From Planctomycetota bacterium (GTDB lineage: Bacteria; Planctomycetota; Brocadiia; JAADGH01), in the NCBI GenBank assembly GCA_040755855.1, contig JBFMAD010000004.1, positions 96,001 through 160,000 on the forward strand: a DNA stretch of 64,000 nt. The letters run 5' to 3'. Each line of letters begins with the position of its first letter. Position 1 is the stretch's first letter. The notes under the pieces are model-generated. The model saw only the letters and a program-made list of their open reading frames with translations. It ran no database searches and was not told where the DNA came from. Below are positions 38,865 to 48,976 of the stretch, one piece after another. The position numbers and the translations under genes are program-made.

Positions 38865-39010
38865 AAGCGCTCGCCTCGAAAAGGCGACCGCTCGCAGCGG
38901 AAATCGCCAGACTTCCGATGATGATTTCCGATTTGAGATTTTAAATTTGCGATTTTGATCCACGTTCCGCACTCTGCACTCCGCACTCCCCGTTGCGGTG
39001 TGCCGACTTC

Positions 39011-40498
39011 TCACGGCCCTGTAATCTCCTTGTGCAGATCCCCCTCTGCCTCCCGCGCCGTGCGCTGCTCCGCCGAGAAACAGACGATCTGTCCCTCTTC
39101 GAGTCCGGATTTCACAACCACCATATCGTCGCATTCCGCGCCCAGCTCGACGGGGCGTTTTTCCGCACCGCCGTTGGATTTCAGGGTAACAAACGCCTTT
39201 CCATCTTCCTTGGATACGGCATCGAGCGGGACGACCAGTACGCCCGCGTGCGATTCCACCTGGATGTCCATCTTCGCCATCAGGCTCGGCGCCAGCCGGT
39301 TGTCGGACTGGTTAATGGCGACGGTAACCTCAAAGACCTTGATTCCGGACTCCTTTTTCTCCTGGCCCCATCCGAGAACTTCTCCCTCGGTCTTGTCCTT
39401 GGCGATCTTGCCCACCTCCGTCACTTGGCCGGTGAACTCCTCGCCAGGCAAGGCGTCTATGTGGACGATGACCTTCTGCCCCTTCGTAACCCGGTGGATG
39501 TGGTCCTCGCGGATCTTCGTTTTTACGATCATCTTCGAGAGGTCGGGCAGGTCCATGATGGCGCAGCCCTTCCACATCTTGACGCCCTTCGCAATCTTCT
39601 TCTGCTCCACGGTCCGGTAGACCACCATCCCATCCACGGGCGCGGTGAGTTCGGTGTTCTGGAGGTCTTTCTCCTTCTGATCCAGTGTATTCTTGGCCTT
39701 CTCGGTCTGCGCCGTCTGCTTCTCGATGGTGGCTTCCAACTGTTTGATGGCGCCCGGCATGCCCTGCTTTGCCTGTTCGAGGGCGATCTGCGCCTGCTCC
39801 GCCTGCAGTTCCGCCTCGCGGATATTGTCGGGGTGCGCCCCGGCCTCCGTCACCCGCAGGTCGCTCTGGGCGCGGATGTACTCCGCCTCGGCCTCCTGCA
39901 TGGCCGAGATCATCCGGCGGATCTCCGCATCGGCAAGGATGCCCTGGCCCTTGAAGCGCATTGTGCGCTCGTACTCCTCTTTCGCCACGTCAAAGGTGGC
40001 CTTCGCGCGCCGCAGGGCCGATTCCTTCTGCCGCACGTCATCCGGCCGGGGCAGGCTCCGGAGGCGGGCCAGCTCGAGCCTGGCAATGGCGAGATCCGCT
40101 TCGTACGACTTGACCTCGGCCTCGAGCTTGTGCGTCTTCGCCTGCAGGTCCATCTCGGCCTTCTTGAGTTCGGCCTGCGCCACGGCGTGGTCGGCCCTGG
40201 CCGTGCGGTATTCGTCCTCGATCTCCTTCTTCTCGAACGCGACGATCGGATCGCCCTTCTTCACCATGCTTCCCTCCGGGACGACCCAGGTTATCGGCTT
40301 CCACCACAACGGCGCCGTCACGCGCACGGTGTGGGCGGCCTCCAACTTCCCCGTACCGCGAACGGTAATCCGCAAATCCGCCTTCCGCACCGGCACCGCA
40401 ATGGGATCCGGCCCGGTGATGGCCTCCGGCAGACAGGACCCCAAGCCCATCGTCAGGCACAGAGCAAGCGCCACAAGGGATAAAACTCTTCTCCTCAT
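39011..40498 (-). CDS. Periplasmic adaptor (HlyD/MFP family), lipoprotein-like, first of three
   Basis: LGSC lipobox-like; EGSMVKKGD; LTAPVDG. Confidence 0.85.
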   Translation of the reverse strand: MRRRVLSLVALALCLTMGLGSCLPEAITGPDPIAVPVRKADLRITVRGTGKLEAAHTVRVTAPLWWKPITWVVPEGSMVKKGDPIVAFEKKEIEDEYRTARADHAVAQAELKKAEMDLQAKTHKLEAEVKSYEADLAIARLELARLRSLPRPDDVRQKESALRRAKATFDVAKEEYERTMRFKGQGILADAEIRRMISAMQEAEAEYIRAQSDLRVTEAGAHPDNIREAELQAEQAQIALEQAKQGMPGAIKQLEATIEKQTAQTEKAKNTLDQKEKDLQNTELTAPVDGMVVYRTVEQKKIAKGVKMWKGCAIMDLPDLSKMIVKTKIREDHIHRVTKGQKVIVHIDALPGEEFTGQVTEVGKIAKDKTEGEVLGWGQEKKESGIKVFEVTVAINQSDNRLAPSLMAKMDIQVESHAGVLVVPLDAVSKEDGKAFVTLKSNGGAEKRPVELGAECDDMVVVKSGLEEGQIVCFSAEQRTAREAEGDLHKEITGP

Positions 40499-40663
40499 CG
40501 TATTCGCCCGCTATGCAGGGGGTGAAAAATGGCAAAGATATACTTCACGATACCAAGACGCGGCAAGGAGTGTCAAGGAGAAGAAATTGCCGTTGATCCC
40601 GCTCCTCATACAGGCATATAATCCCGTTGGAGCGGAGATGCAGGAGAAAGCGACATAAAGCCC

Positions 40664-42049
40664 ATGCGAACGATCATTACCGCCGCGGTCATGTGCTTGC
40701 TCTCAGCCCCCCTTCTCTGGTCTCAGGACCAGATCGAGCGCGGTCCGTACGGCGGGCTGAAGTTCGCCCAGTGGGAGGCTGCAGGGTTCTTCCGCACTCA
40801 CTTCGACGGCCGATGCTGGTGGCTCGTCACGCCGGAGGGCCGCCCGTTCCTTTCCGTCGGCGTTTGCGGGGTCCGCGAGACGGGTCACATGGCGCGCGGC
40901 CTCGGCTACGCCCCATACCAGCGTAACGTCATGAGAATCCACGGCAGCGTGGACCGGTGGAAAGAGGTCGCCCGCAGCCGCCTCCTCGACTGGGGCTTCA
41001 ACACTGTGGCCGCGTGGAGCCGGGACGACATGGGCCTGCCCTGGACGAAGTCGCTGAGCTTCAGCGGGGGACACTGGCTCAAGGGGACGCTCCCCGACTT
41101 CTTCAGCCGGGAGTATGCCGACCATGCCGAGAAACTGGCCGCAAAGCAGGCCCGGCCCGACGATAAGCTCCTCATCGGGTACTTCCTCGACAACGAGATG
41201 CAGTGGAATACCGATTGGCGCCTGGGGCCGTCGCTCTTCGATCACTACACGTCCCTGCCCGCCGACGCCGCCGGGAAGAGGGCCCTTGTGGATTTCTTCA
41301 AGGGGCAATACCCCTTCCCCACCGCGATGGCCGAGGTCTGGCATCCGTCTACGAAGGCATGGGAGGACCTCGCGGGAGTCGCGCAACTCATCCCCCGCCA
41401 GGGCCAGGAGGACCGCGCCGCGGAGGACCGGGAGGCATTCACGCTCCTCGCCGCCCGCCGGTACTTCCGCGTGTGCACCTCGGCCCTGCGCAAGGCCGAC
41501 CCGAACCATCTCATCCTTGGCTGCCGCTTCGTGAACTGGACCGTGCCGGAGGCGGTGGTGCAGGCGTGCGGCGAGTACTGCGATGTGGTCTCGCTGAACT
41601 TCTACGAGATCGGCCCGCTCGGGCAGGTGGTCTATCTGGCCAGATCGGCCATGAAAGTTCGCCTCATCTCGTCGGCCGACGCCTTCCGCCGGTTCCACGA
41701 GCTGACGGGCAAGCCGGTGATGATCACGGAGTTCGGCTTCCGCGCCATGGACAGCGACCCGCCGAACACCTATCCCCCGCCGCTCATCGCGCAGCCGACG
41801 GTCCCCACGCAGGCCGACCGAGGGCGGAAGTTCGAGAAGTATGTCAAGGAATGGGCCGCCACGGACTACATCGTCGGGTACCACTGGTTCTGCTACGAGG
41901 ATGAACCCAAGGAGGGCCGCACCCTCGATGGGGAGAATGGGAACTACGGTCTCGTCAACATCGAGGACAAGCCGTACGACGAATTCCTGAAGATCGCCGT
42001 CCCCGCCAACCGGGCCTTCATCAAGGCGCGACTGCCGAAGGAGGAATAG
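40664..42049 (+). CDS. Secreted beta-agarase-like glycoside hydrolase (GH-A TIM barrel)
   Basis: WWLVTPEG, WGFNT, GYFLDNE, DPNHLILGCRF, ITEF, VGYHWF, ENGNYGLV. Confidence 0.75.
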   Translation: MRTIITAAVMCLLSAPLLWSQDQIERGPYGGLKFAQWEAAGFFRTHFDGRCWWLVTPEGRPFLSVGVCGVRETGHMARGLGYAPYQRNVMRIHGSVDRWKEVARSRLLDWGFNTVAAWSRDDMGLPWTKSLSFSGGHWLKGTLPDFFSREYADHAEKLAAKQARPDDKLLIGYFLDNEMQWNTDWRLGPSLFDHYTSLPADAAGKRALVDFFKGQYPFPTAMAEVWHPSTKAWEDLAGVAQLIPRQGQEDRAAEDREAFTLLAARRYFRVCTSALRKADPNHLILGCRFVNWTVPEAVVQACGEYCDVVSLNFYEIGPLGQVVYLARSAMKVRLISSADAFRRFHELTGKPVMITEFGFRAMDSDPPNTYPPPLIAQPTVPTQADRGRKFEKYVKEWAATDYIVGYHWFCYEDEPKEGRTLDGENGNYGLVNIEDKPYDEFLKIAVPANRAFIKARLPKEE

Positions 42050-42052
42050 CCG

Positions 42053-43069
42053 ATGATTCACGGTCATAGTCTTCCCAACAGAACTCCCGTGGGTGCGTAT
42101 GCCCTTGCTGCGATGCTTCTGGCGACGGTCGCCCTCGTTCCCGCCGACGACGAGAAGGACCGCGCCCAGGCGCTGTATGATTACTATGAAAAGGCGTGCA
42201 TCGAGAAGGGGTGGCGGAAGGTCGTCGTCAAGGTCGGCGACCGCGACCGGCAGCTTATGTGGCGAGGGCCTGAAGGCGCGTGGAAACACGGGGCCGTCAT
42301 CGCCATGCACGGCGGGGGAGGGACCTACTCGAACTTCGGGGCGGGCCTGCCCCTTGGCGAGCCGATGGTCGAGTTCGGCTCGCTGGCCGTCGAGAAAGGC
42401 TTTGCTGTCTTCTCACCGGACTCCACCGACGGAGGGGCGACGGACGCGGAAGGGCGCTCCTGCGGCAAGCGGTGGGACTGCGTGGCGGTTGACGGCCGCG
42501 AGAACATCGACCTCCCCTTCATCGAGACCGTCATCACGCAGACGATCCCTGAGCTGCGCCCGCCGAACAGCGCCAAGCACGTATTCATCACGGGCATCTC
42601 CAACGGCGGGTTCATGACCGTCCTCGCGGCGACGCATTTCCCCGAAAAAATCACCGCCTTCGCTGTGGTCTCCGCCGGCGATCCGTACGGCACGACTATG
42701 GACATGGGAACGCACCCGCCCCGCGAGCGGCAAAAGGCCCCAGGCGTATTTCGCGACAACGAGACCCATCGTCAGGTCAACGAGGAGCGCGCGGCCGTGG
42801 CCGATGCGTATCCGAATGAGAAGGCGTGGCCGGACAGGCCCGGCGCGAGGAAGCCGCCCTTCAAGCAGTTCCATCACGAGGGCGACGGGGCCTGCGACAT
42901 CTCCTGCATGAAGAAGGCGCAGCGCCAACTCGTCGCGCACGGCTACCCCGACGACGGCGCCTTCATCATCGGAAACATCGGCCGAAGAAGCGTCTGGAAA
43001 CACTTCTGGCAGAAGCAGTATAATGAACCGTTGATCGAGTTCTTTATGAAGTGCGTCAAGAAGAACTGA
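42053..43069 (+). CDS. Secreted alpha/beta hydrolase (esterase/PHB depolymerase-like)
   Basis: HGGGG oxyanion motif and GISNGG nucleophile elbow. Confidence 0.75.
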   Translation: MIHGHSLPNRTPVGAYALAAMLLATVALVPADDEKDRAQALYDYYEKACIEKGWRKVVVKVGDRDRQLMWRGPEGAWKHGAVIAMHGGGGTYSNFGAGLPLGEPMVEFGSLAVEKGFAVFSPDSTDGGATDAEGRSCGKRWDCVAVDGRENIDLPFIETVITQTIPELRPPNSAKHVFITGISNGGFMTVLAATHFPEKITAFAVVSAGDPYGTTMDMGTHPPRERQKAPGVFRDNETHRQVNEERAAVADAYPNEKAWPDRPGARKPPFKQFHHEGDGACDISCMKKAQRQLVAHGYPDDGAFIIGNIGRRSVWKHFWQKQYNEPLIEFFMKCVKKN

Positions 43070-43120
43070 GTCAGGTGGTGGGGGCGTGTTGTGCCACCAA
43101 GATCAGGGACTTGGGGTGCG

Positions 43121-43717
43121 ATGAGACCAGCGCGAAAAAGGGCCATCATCATTCTCAGCTTGGTTGCGGTGCTTGCCGTGGCTCAGATGGGTACGTGGGC
43201 GCTGTTCGGCAGGAAAACGCTGGGACGAGTGGTGCCGCGTATTGTCGAGGCGGATGCACCGCCTCACCGGCGCTATTTTCACCGACATGGTCATGATTTC
43301 AGGCTGCCTCCGAAGGACCTCAAGGCCATGCAGGAATACGACCGGGACTTTCGAGAGCACTTGTCGGAACTGAACCAGCAGGGCAAGTTGCCGACATGGA
43401 ATCTGATTGTGCCCGATTCTGTGGCTGCCGAGTTTGGCCCGGCTGTACTCGCGAAGATGCGGATGGCCTTACGCGATCAGAATGCTCTGGTTTACACCGA
43501 GGCCGAAGCCCCGGCGCAGCACCGACAAGAGGCGGCGGCAATGCCACCAAATTGCAGCAAACTGACCTATCGCGTGATAGAGAATAGTCCCTTCATCGCA
43601 CGAATCGAAGTCGGCTACTGGACTCGCCCAAATGGTCAAAGCGGCGGTCGACACAACTTGATTTGGTGTCTTGGGTTCTGGATCTATTTGGGCCCCTATG
43701 AACGCTGGATCAGTTGA
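43121..43717 (+). CDS. Hypothetical membrane-anchored protein
   Basis: Fills the gap between co-oriented genes; N-terminal hydrophobic helix. Confidence 0.5.
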   Translation: MRPARKRAIIILSLVAVLAVAQMGTWALFGRKTLGRVVPRIVEADAPPHRRYFHRHGHDFRLPPKDLKAMQEYDRDFREHLSELNQQGKLPTWNLIVPDSVAAEFGPAVLAKMRMALRDQNALVYTEAEAPAQHRQEAAAMPPNCSKLTYRVIENSPFIARIEVGYWTRPNGQSGGRHNLIWCLGFWIYLGPYERWIS

Positions 43718-43748
43718 CTTCATGCCCAGGAGACGAAAGGAGCACGCC

Positions 43749-44414
43749 ATGACACGACGACGCACCGCAAATCTAATAGCATGGGTATGCCTTGTTCTAT
43801 GCGCCCTGACAACAGCGCTCCTCGTCGCCGACGAGGAGGAGTGGGAGAGCCTCTTCGACGGCAAGACCCTCAAGGGCTGGAAGGCAACCGACTTCGGCGG
43901 GCAAGGCGAGGTCGAGGTCAAAGACGGCACGATCGTCCTCAACATCGGTCCCGGCGATCTGACCGGCATCACATGGACCGGACCGGTGCGGCGGATGAAC
44001 TACGAGATCTGCGTGGACGCCATGCGCCTGTCCGGGCACGACTTCTTCTGTGGCCTGACCTTTCCCGTGGGCGACTCCTGCTGCAGCCTGATCTGCGGCG
44101 GGTGGGGCGGGACACTCGTCGGCATCTCGTCCTTCAGCGACATGGACGCATCGGAGAACGAGACCACGACCTACATGGACTTCGAGGACGAGAAGTGGTA
44201 TCCCATCCAGGTGCGCGTGACGGAGAATCATATCGAGGCATGGATCGACGGGAAGAAGGTGGTGGATGCCAAACCGGACAACCGGAGGATCTCCGTGCGC
44301 GGCGAGGTGACTCGCTCCCAGCCCCTGGGCATCGCCGCCTACCAGACGCAGGCGGCCATCGGCGACGTTCGCGTGCGGACGATCAAGCCGGAGGGCGAGA
44401 AGCCGGAGAAGTGA
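43749..44414 (+). CDS. DUF1080 (3-keto-disaccharide hydrolase-like) protein
   Basis: SLFDGKTLKGW; GGWGG...GISS. Confidence 0.8.
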   Translation: MTRRRTANLIAWVCLVLCALTTALLVADEEEWESLFDGKTLKGWKATDFGGQGEVEVKDGTIVLNIGPGDLTGITWTGPVRRMNYEICVDAMRLSGHDFFCGLTFPVGDSCCSLICGGWGGTLVGISSFSDMDASENETTTYMDFEDEKWYPIQVRVTENHIEAWIDGKKVVDAKPDNRRISVRGEVTRSQPLGIAAYQTQAAIGDVRVRTIKPEGEKPEK

Positions 44415-44459
44415 GGCGGAACAATTTGCCGGATGCCCGGCAGTCTGGAATCCGCGGCG

Positions 44460-46079
44460 CTACTTCGCCATCAGCGCCCACAGCCGCGGACCCAGCATGG
44501 CGTAGATAACGCCGTTTGCCGCGATGGGGGCGCACTCGCTGCCGGTCGAGTGGGTGAAGATGACCTTCTTCTCCTTCCCGGCGGCAAGAATCCAGAAGGA
44601 TCGTTTCGTGGTGAAGTAGAGCTTGCCGTCGGCCACGAGCGGTCCGCCCCACGTCTCGTGCTTTGTCTCGTGAATCCAATGGACCGCCCCCGTCTCGGCG
44701 TCAAAGCAATAGAGCTTACCCGCGAGGTCGGCGGCATAGACCAGCCCATCCGCGACCGCGACCGTGCAAATCGTTCGCCCTATCTCCTCACAGGACCACA
44801 CCTTGCCCGATTCGGTGATATCGCCGGTCTTCGTCGCATCAATACAGTGCAGTATGCCCTTTCCCGGTCCGTGGGCGGGGTCCTGGCCGATGGCAATATA
44901 GACGCGGTTGTTGCAGAAAACCGGCGTGGCGATGATCTGACTCGGCCCGACATAGTCCCCCTTGCCGTCGTTCAGGAGGCGCGGCTCCCTTGTCGCTTTC
45001 TTCCTCCTCTGATAGTCGCGGTATTTGCGCACATCGCCGTCGTAATAGGGGATCGTCCTGCCGTCGCGGAGCTTGTAGTGCGGGGGGTTGCAATCGTAGG
45101 ACCAGACCTTTTTCAGGTGGACAGACTTCGCCGGGATCTCCGCGATCGCCTCGAAGGCGTAGCACACGCCGTCGCCGCCGCCGAGGAAGATGAGCGTCCG
45201 GTCGCCCACCTTTCCCATCGAAGGCGAGGACCATTGCGTATGGTAGAGCCGCGCGCTGATCCCATCCTTCTCCGTGGCGACGAAGCGGCCGGTCTTCTTG
45301 TCGAGCGCGATGAAGGCCGGGGCGTCGGGCTGAACCGCGCCCTCCTCGTGCTGCTTTCCCACGCCGTTGGACGTGCTGGTGTAGAGCACGTCGCCGCAGA
45401 TCAATACAGAGCAGCTTGCCACGTCGTGCGGGGCGACGGAAAGTTCGCCCGGGATGTCGAAGCGCCAGAGGATATCCGCGTCCGTCGGCAATAGCTCGAC
45501 CGGCGGCTCCTCCGGGCAGGCCATGAACTGGGCCTCATCTTTGAACGGCCCGTCGTTCCCGTTCGCCAAGCCGTGCACATCTAAGCAGAGGACGTCATCG
45601 CCGTTGGTGACCACATAGACCCGATCGCCATCAACCGTCGGCGATGAACAGACGCCCCACTTCTGCTGGGTCATAAAGACGCCTGGGGGGAAATCCTCCC
45701 GCTCGGGCGCGACCAACTGCCACAGGCGCCTCCCCGTCGCCTCATCCAAGCACAGCACCACGCCGCCGTCCGATGCGGTGAAGCGCTTGTCGTCGCGGAC
45801 CGCGCTCATGTTCGTGCCGAGGAAGACCCGGCCGTTGGCGACGGTCGGACAGCCGTAAACAGTCTTGCTAAGATCGGCCGCCCACTTGACGTTCTTCGTT
45901 GTCGCCGGGTCCACATCCCCGAGCGGTCCCTTCTCGCCCGGATCGAACGAGGCAGGCAGGTTCTTTTCCTCCACCGCGTTCCGCCCGGATGGGCCGGTCC
46001 AGTGCGGCCAGTCCGCGGCGTCAAGCGAAATTGCCGAAGACACCACAGCCAGAATGGTCAATATATTTCTACTCGCCAT
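44460..46079 (-). CDS. PQQ-like beta-propeller repeat protein
   Basis: ADWPHWTGP; repeated SSPTV/LDxxTG..W motifs. Confidence 0.85.
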   Translation of the reverse strand: MASRNILTILAVVSSAISLDAADWPHWTGPSGRNAVEEKNLPASFDPGEKGPLGDVDPATTKNVKWAADLSKTVYGCPTVANGRVFLGTNMSAVRDDKRFTASDGGVVLCLDEATGRRLWQLVAPEREDFPPGVFMTQQKWGVCSSPTVDGDRVYVVTNGDDVLCLDVHGLANGNDGPFKDEAQFMACPEEPPVELLPTDADILWRFDIPGELSVAPHDVASCSVLICGDVLYTSTSNGVGKQHEEGAVQPDAPAFIALDKKTGRFVATEKDGISARLYHTQWSSPSMGKVGDRTLIFLGGGDGVCYAFEAIAEIPAKSVHLKKVWSYDCNPPHYKLRDGRTIPYYDGDVRKYRDYQRRKKATREPRLLNDGKGDYVGPSQIIATPVFCNNRVYIAIGQDPAHGPGKGILHCIDATKTGDITESGKVWSCEEIGRTICTVAVADGLVYAADLAGKLYCFDAETGAVHWIHETKHETWGGPLVADGKLYFTTKRSFWILAAGKEKKVIFTHSTGSECAPIAANGVIYAMLGPRLWALMAK

Positions 46080-46104
46080 GCAATTGCCGCCGTTGTGATT
46101 CTAA

Positions 46105-46536
46105 ACCACAGAGGACACAGAGAGCACAGAGAGAAGTCAGAGCACGAATCGCCTAATCCCGTCTTTCAGGACCGGGACGTTGAAGTTGATGAGGAGCCCC
46201 GTCTTGATCCCAGCCAGTTTCATGTAGGTAAACAGTTGGGCCTCGTGTATGGCCAAGACTGCCTCGAGTGCTTTCAGTTCCACGATCAGCTTGTCTTCGA
46301 CAAGTAGATCAACGCGGTACCCGCAGTCCAACTGCACTCCTTTGTATTCGACGGGCAACGGCCACTGCAACTTGAACCTGGTTCCCGTCAAATCCATCTC
46401 ACGGGCAAGGCACTTTTCATATGTGGACTCCAACAGCCCCGGCCCCAGCGCGCGGTGCACCTCGATGGCAGCCCCGATCACCTTACCCGTCAACTCATTT
46501 ATATCCATTCTCTGTGCTCTCTGTGTCCTCTGTGGT
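46105..46536. mobile_element. Putative minimal element: GxxExxY gene inside perfect 28-bp inverted repeats
   Basis: ACCACAGAGGACACAGAGAGCACAGAGA (46105-46132) and its exact reverse complement (46509-46536); mobility is inferred only. Confidence 0.6.
46137..46508 (-). CDS. GxxExxY protein (PD-(D/E)XK nuclease superfamily)
   Basis: GPGLLESTY; RVDLLVEDKLIVELKA; GLLINF. Confidence 0.93.
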   Translation of the reverse strand: MDINELTGKVIGAAIEVHRALGPGLLESTYEKCLAREMDLTGTRFKLQWPLPVEYKGVQLDCGYRVDLLVEDKLIVELKALEAVLAIHEAQLFTYMKLAGIKTGLLINFNVPVLKDGIRRFVL

Positions 46537-46541
46537 GAGTG

Positions 46542-47684
46542 CTACTTCCCGAACTGCTCATGGATCTTCGGCATGACCTGGCTGATCTTGATGTGCTGCG
46601 GGCACTTCTCCTCGCACTCCTTGCACCCCTCGCACGCACCCGCCCGCTGCTCCTCGGCCATGCCGCGGTAGAGGTTCCGGTTCAGCAGGAGCTGGTTGCC
46701 CCGGAAGACCATCGCGTCGCTGTAGAGTTGCATGTTCTTCGGGATGTCCACATCGTTCGGGCACGGCATGCAGTAGCCGCACTGCGTGCACGGCACGACC
46801 CGCAGCTCGGCGTACTTCTCCTGCACCTGCGCAATGATGTCCAGCTCTTCGGCGGTCAGCCTCCCCACGCCCGACCGCTCCGCGCTCGCCACGTTCTCCA
46901 CCACATGCTCCATCGCCGTCATGCCGCTCAGCACCACCGCCACCTCCGGCTTGTGCCACAGCCACTGCAGGGCCCAGTCGGCGGGGGTGCGCCTCGTCGG
47001 GGCGCGATCCAGGATCGCCTGCACCGGTTCCGGGGCCTTGGCCAGGCACCCGCCCAGGAGCGGCTCCATGATGACCACGGCGAGGCCATTGTCGGCGGCG
47101 AACTTCAGGCCCTTGGTCCCGGCCTGGACGTCCTCGTTCATGTAGTTGTATTGAATCTGGCACATAGCCCATTGGTCGTAGGCATTGATGACCTCGGTAA
47201 GCAAATCGTAGTCGTCGTGGAACGAAAACCCGACAACGCCCACCCGCCCATCGGCCTGGATCCGATCCAGCCAGTCGAGGATGTTCAGGTCGCGGAGCTT
47301 CTTCCAGAATGGGACCTGCATGTTGTGGAGGAGATAGACGTCAATCTTCTCGACCTGGAGGCGTTTCCTCTGCTCATCCAGCAGCCGGTCGAAGTCGTCT
47401 GCCGTCTTGCAGGCCCAGGGGGGCAGTTTTGTGGCGACCTTCACCTTCGCGCGGTAGCCGTCCTGGAGCGCCTTGCCGACGACCTTCTCGCTGTTGCCGC
47501 CGTGGTAGCCGTGGGCGGAGTCAATGTAGTTCACGCCGTGGTCAATGGCGTAGCGGATCATCTCGATGGCCAGGGACTCGTCCACCTTGTTCGCGTCCTC
47601 CCCCAGAATGGGCAGGCGCATGCACCCGAAGCCGAGGGCGGACGCCTGGAAGTCGAGCTTGCCGAATTTCCGGTACTGCATCAT
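46542..47684 (-). CDS. Aldo/keto reductase with C-terminal 4Fe-4S dicluster domain
   Basis: LGFGCMRLP, IDSAHGY, CTQCGYCMPCP, CEGCKECEEKCP. Confidence 0.92.
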   Translation of the reverse strand: MMQYRKFGKLDFQASALGFGCMRLPILGEDANKVDESLAIEMIRYAIDHGVNYIDSAHGYHGGNSEKVVGKALQDGYRAKVKVATKLPPWACKTADDFDRLLDEQRKRLQVEKIDVYLLHNMQVPFWKKLRDLNILDWLDRIQADGRVGVVGFSFHDDYDLLTEVINAYDQWAMCQIQYNYMNEDVQAGTKGLKFAADNGLAVVIMEPLLGGCLAKAPEPVQAILDRAPTRRTPADWALQWLWHKPEVAVVLSGMTAMEHVVENVASAERSGVGRLTAEELDIIAQVQEKYAELRVVPCTQCGYCMPCPNDVDIPKNMQLYSDAMVFRGNQLLLNRNLYRGMAEEQRAGACEGCKECEEKCPQHIKISQVMPKIHEQFGK

Positions 47685-47863
47685 CCTTCTCCTTTCGCTG
47701 TGTATCCGTTTGGATGATACCATGATGTCCCGCCGGGGGCAAGATGCGCTTGACCGGAATTCCCAGGCATATTGCTTGACACGCGGCGAAATCGTGCCAT
47801 AATAATGTCGAACGGGGCTGAAGAGATGTTTGGTGTCTCGCACAATCACGTAGGAGGTGTGTC

Positions 47864-48565
47864 ATGCAGTGGAGAATGTTCTGTTGGTTGATGGCGCTGG
47901 GGATCGTTTGCGTCGCGGTCGGCGCGATGGCGGCGGACGACGAGGAGGGCTTTGTCTCCCTGTTCAACGGCAAGGACCTGACCGGCTGGGACGGGAACCC
48001 GGACTTCTGGTCGGTGAAGGACGGCGTCATCCACGGCGAGACGACGGCGGAGAAGCCGACGAAGGGGAACACGTTCCTGATCTGGCGCGGCGGGACGCTG
48101 AAGGATTACGAGCTACGCCTCTCGTTCCGCATCGAGAGCGGGAACTCCGGAGTGCAGCACCGCAGCCAGGACCTGGGCGAGTGGCATGTGAGCGGGTATC
48201 AGGCGGAGGTCTGCAACAGTCCCGCCACGGTCGGTTTTCTTTATCACGAACGAGGCCGGAAGCACCTGGCAAAGGTGGGAGAGAAGGTGGTGATTGACGA
48301 GAACGGGAAGATCGAGGTGGTTGGCAAGCTCGGCGAGGCGAAGGAGATCAACGCCGACTACAAGCCGAAGGACTGGAACCACTACCGCATCATCGCCAAG
48401 GGCAACCGCATCATGCAGTACTTGAACGGGAAGCAGACGATTGATCTGGTTGACAATGACCCGAAGGGCCGGGCGCTCGAAGGCATCCTCGCCCTCCAGA
48501 TCCACGCCGGCCCGCCGATGGTGGTGGAGTTCAAGGATATTCGGCTGAAGGAATTAAAGGAATAA
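47864..48565 (+). CDS. DUF1080 (3-keto-disaccharide hydrolase-like) protein
   Basis: SLFNGKDLTGW, GNSGVQ, GYQAE, ALQIH. Confidence 0.88.
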   Translation: MQWRMFCWLMALGIVCVAVGAMAADDEEGFVSLFNGKDLTGWDGNPDFWSVKDGVIHGETTAEKPTKGNTFLIWRGGTLKDYELRLSFRIESGNSGVQHRSQDLGEWHVSGYQAEVCNSPATVGFLYHERGRKHLAKVGEKVVIDENGKIEVVGKLGEAKEINADYKPKDWNHYRIIAKGNRIMQYLNGKQTIDLVDNDPKGRALEGILALQIHAGPPMVVEFKDIRLKELKE

Positions 48566-48904
48566 GTCCCACATGAAAACGAGGGATCAAGCCGGGGATT
48601 CGTGATCGGATCTTTGGGTAAGTCGCGTCGTTGTGAGAGGCCCTGCCGCCACGGCCATGCAGACCGGCGGTCGAATCTTCTGCCTGAACACCAAGCGCTA
48701 CCCCATGCCTGATGTGTTGACAAGAAAGGCTTGGTAGCGCTTCGGCTCCCTTCGGTAGACGCCGCCAAGCGCAATATATATTTACACTCCAGAGCGACAA
48801 CCCACAAAAATCTACGTTTTCGTCGGCCCCAATCATCCCATTTGTTATATGTAACATTCGTAAATTACGTCACTTATGATGTGTTTTGTTTTGAGATTTA
48901 CCTT

Positions 48905-48919
48905 TGGCACAGACCTTGC
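48905..48919 (+). promoter_or_regulatory. Consensus sigma54 promoter
   Basis: TGGCAC-AGACC-TTGC after an AT-rich tract. Confidence 0.75.
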
Positions 48920-48976
48920 TCTACCTATCATCGGTTGGTTAAGGAACATGACAACGGGAGCGAAAGGAGACAGGCA

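Noticed and set aside
47783..47800. sigma54 promoter on the minus strand (TGGCACGATTTCGC)
   Set aside because: GG-to-GC spacing is 9 rather than 10; an overlapping plus-strand TTGACA/CATAAT promoter explains the site better
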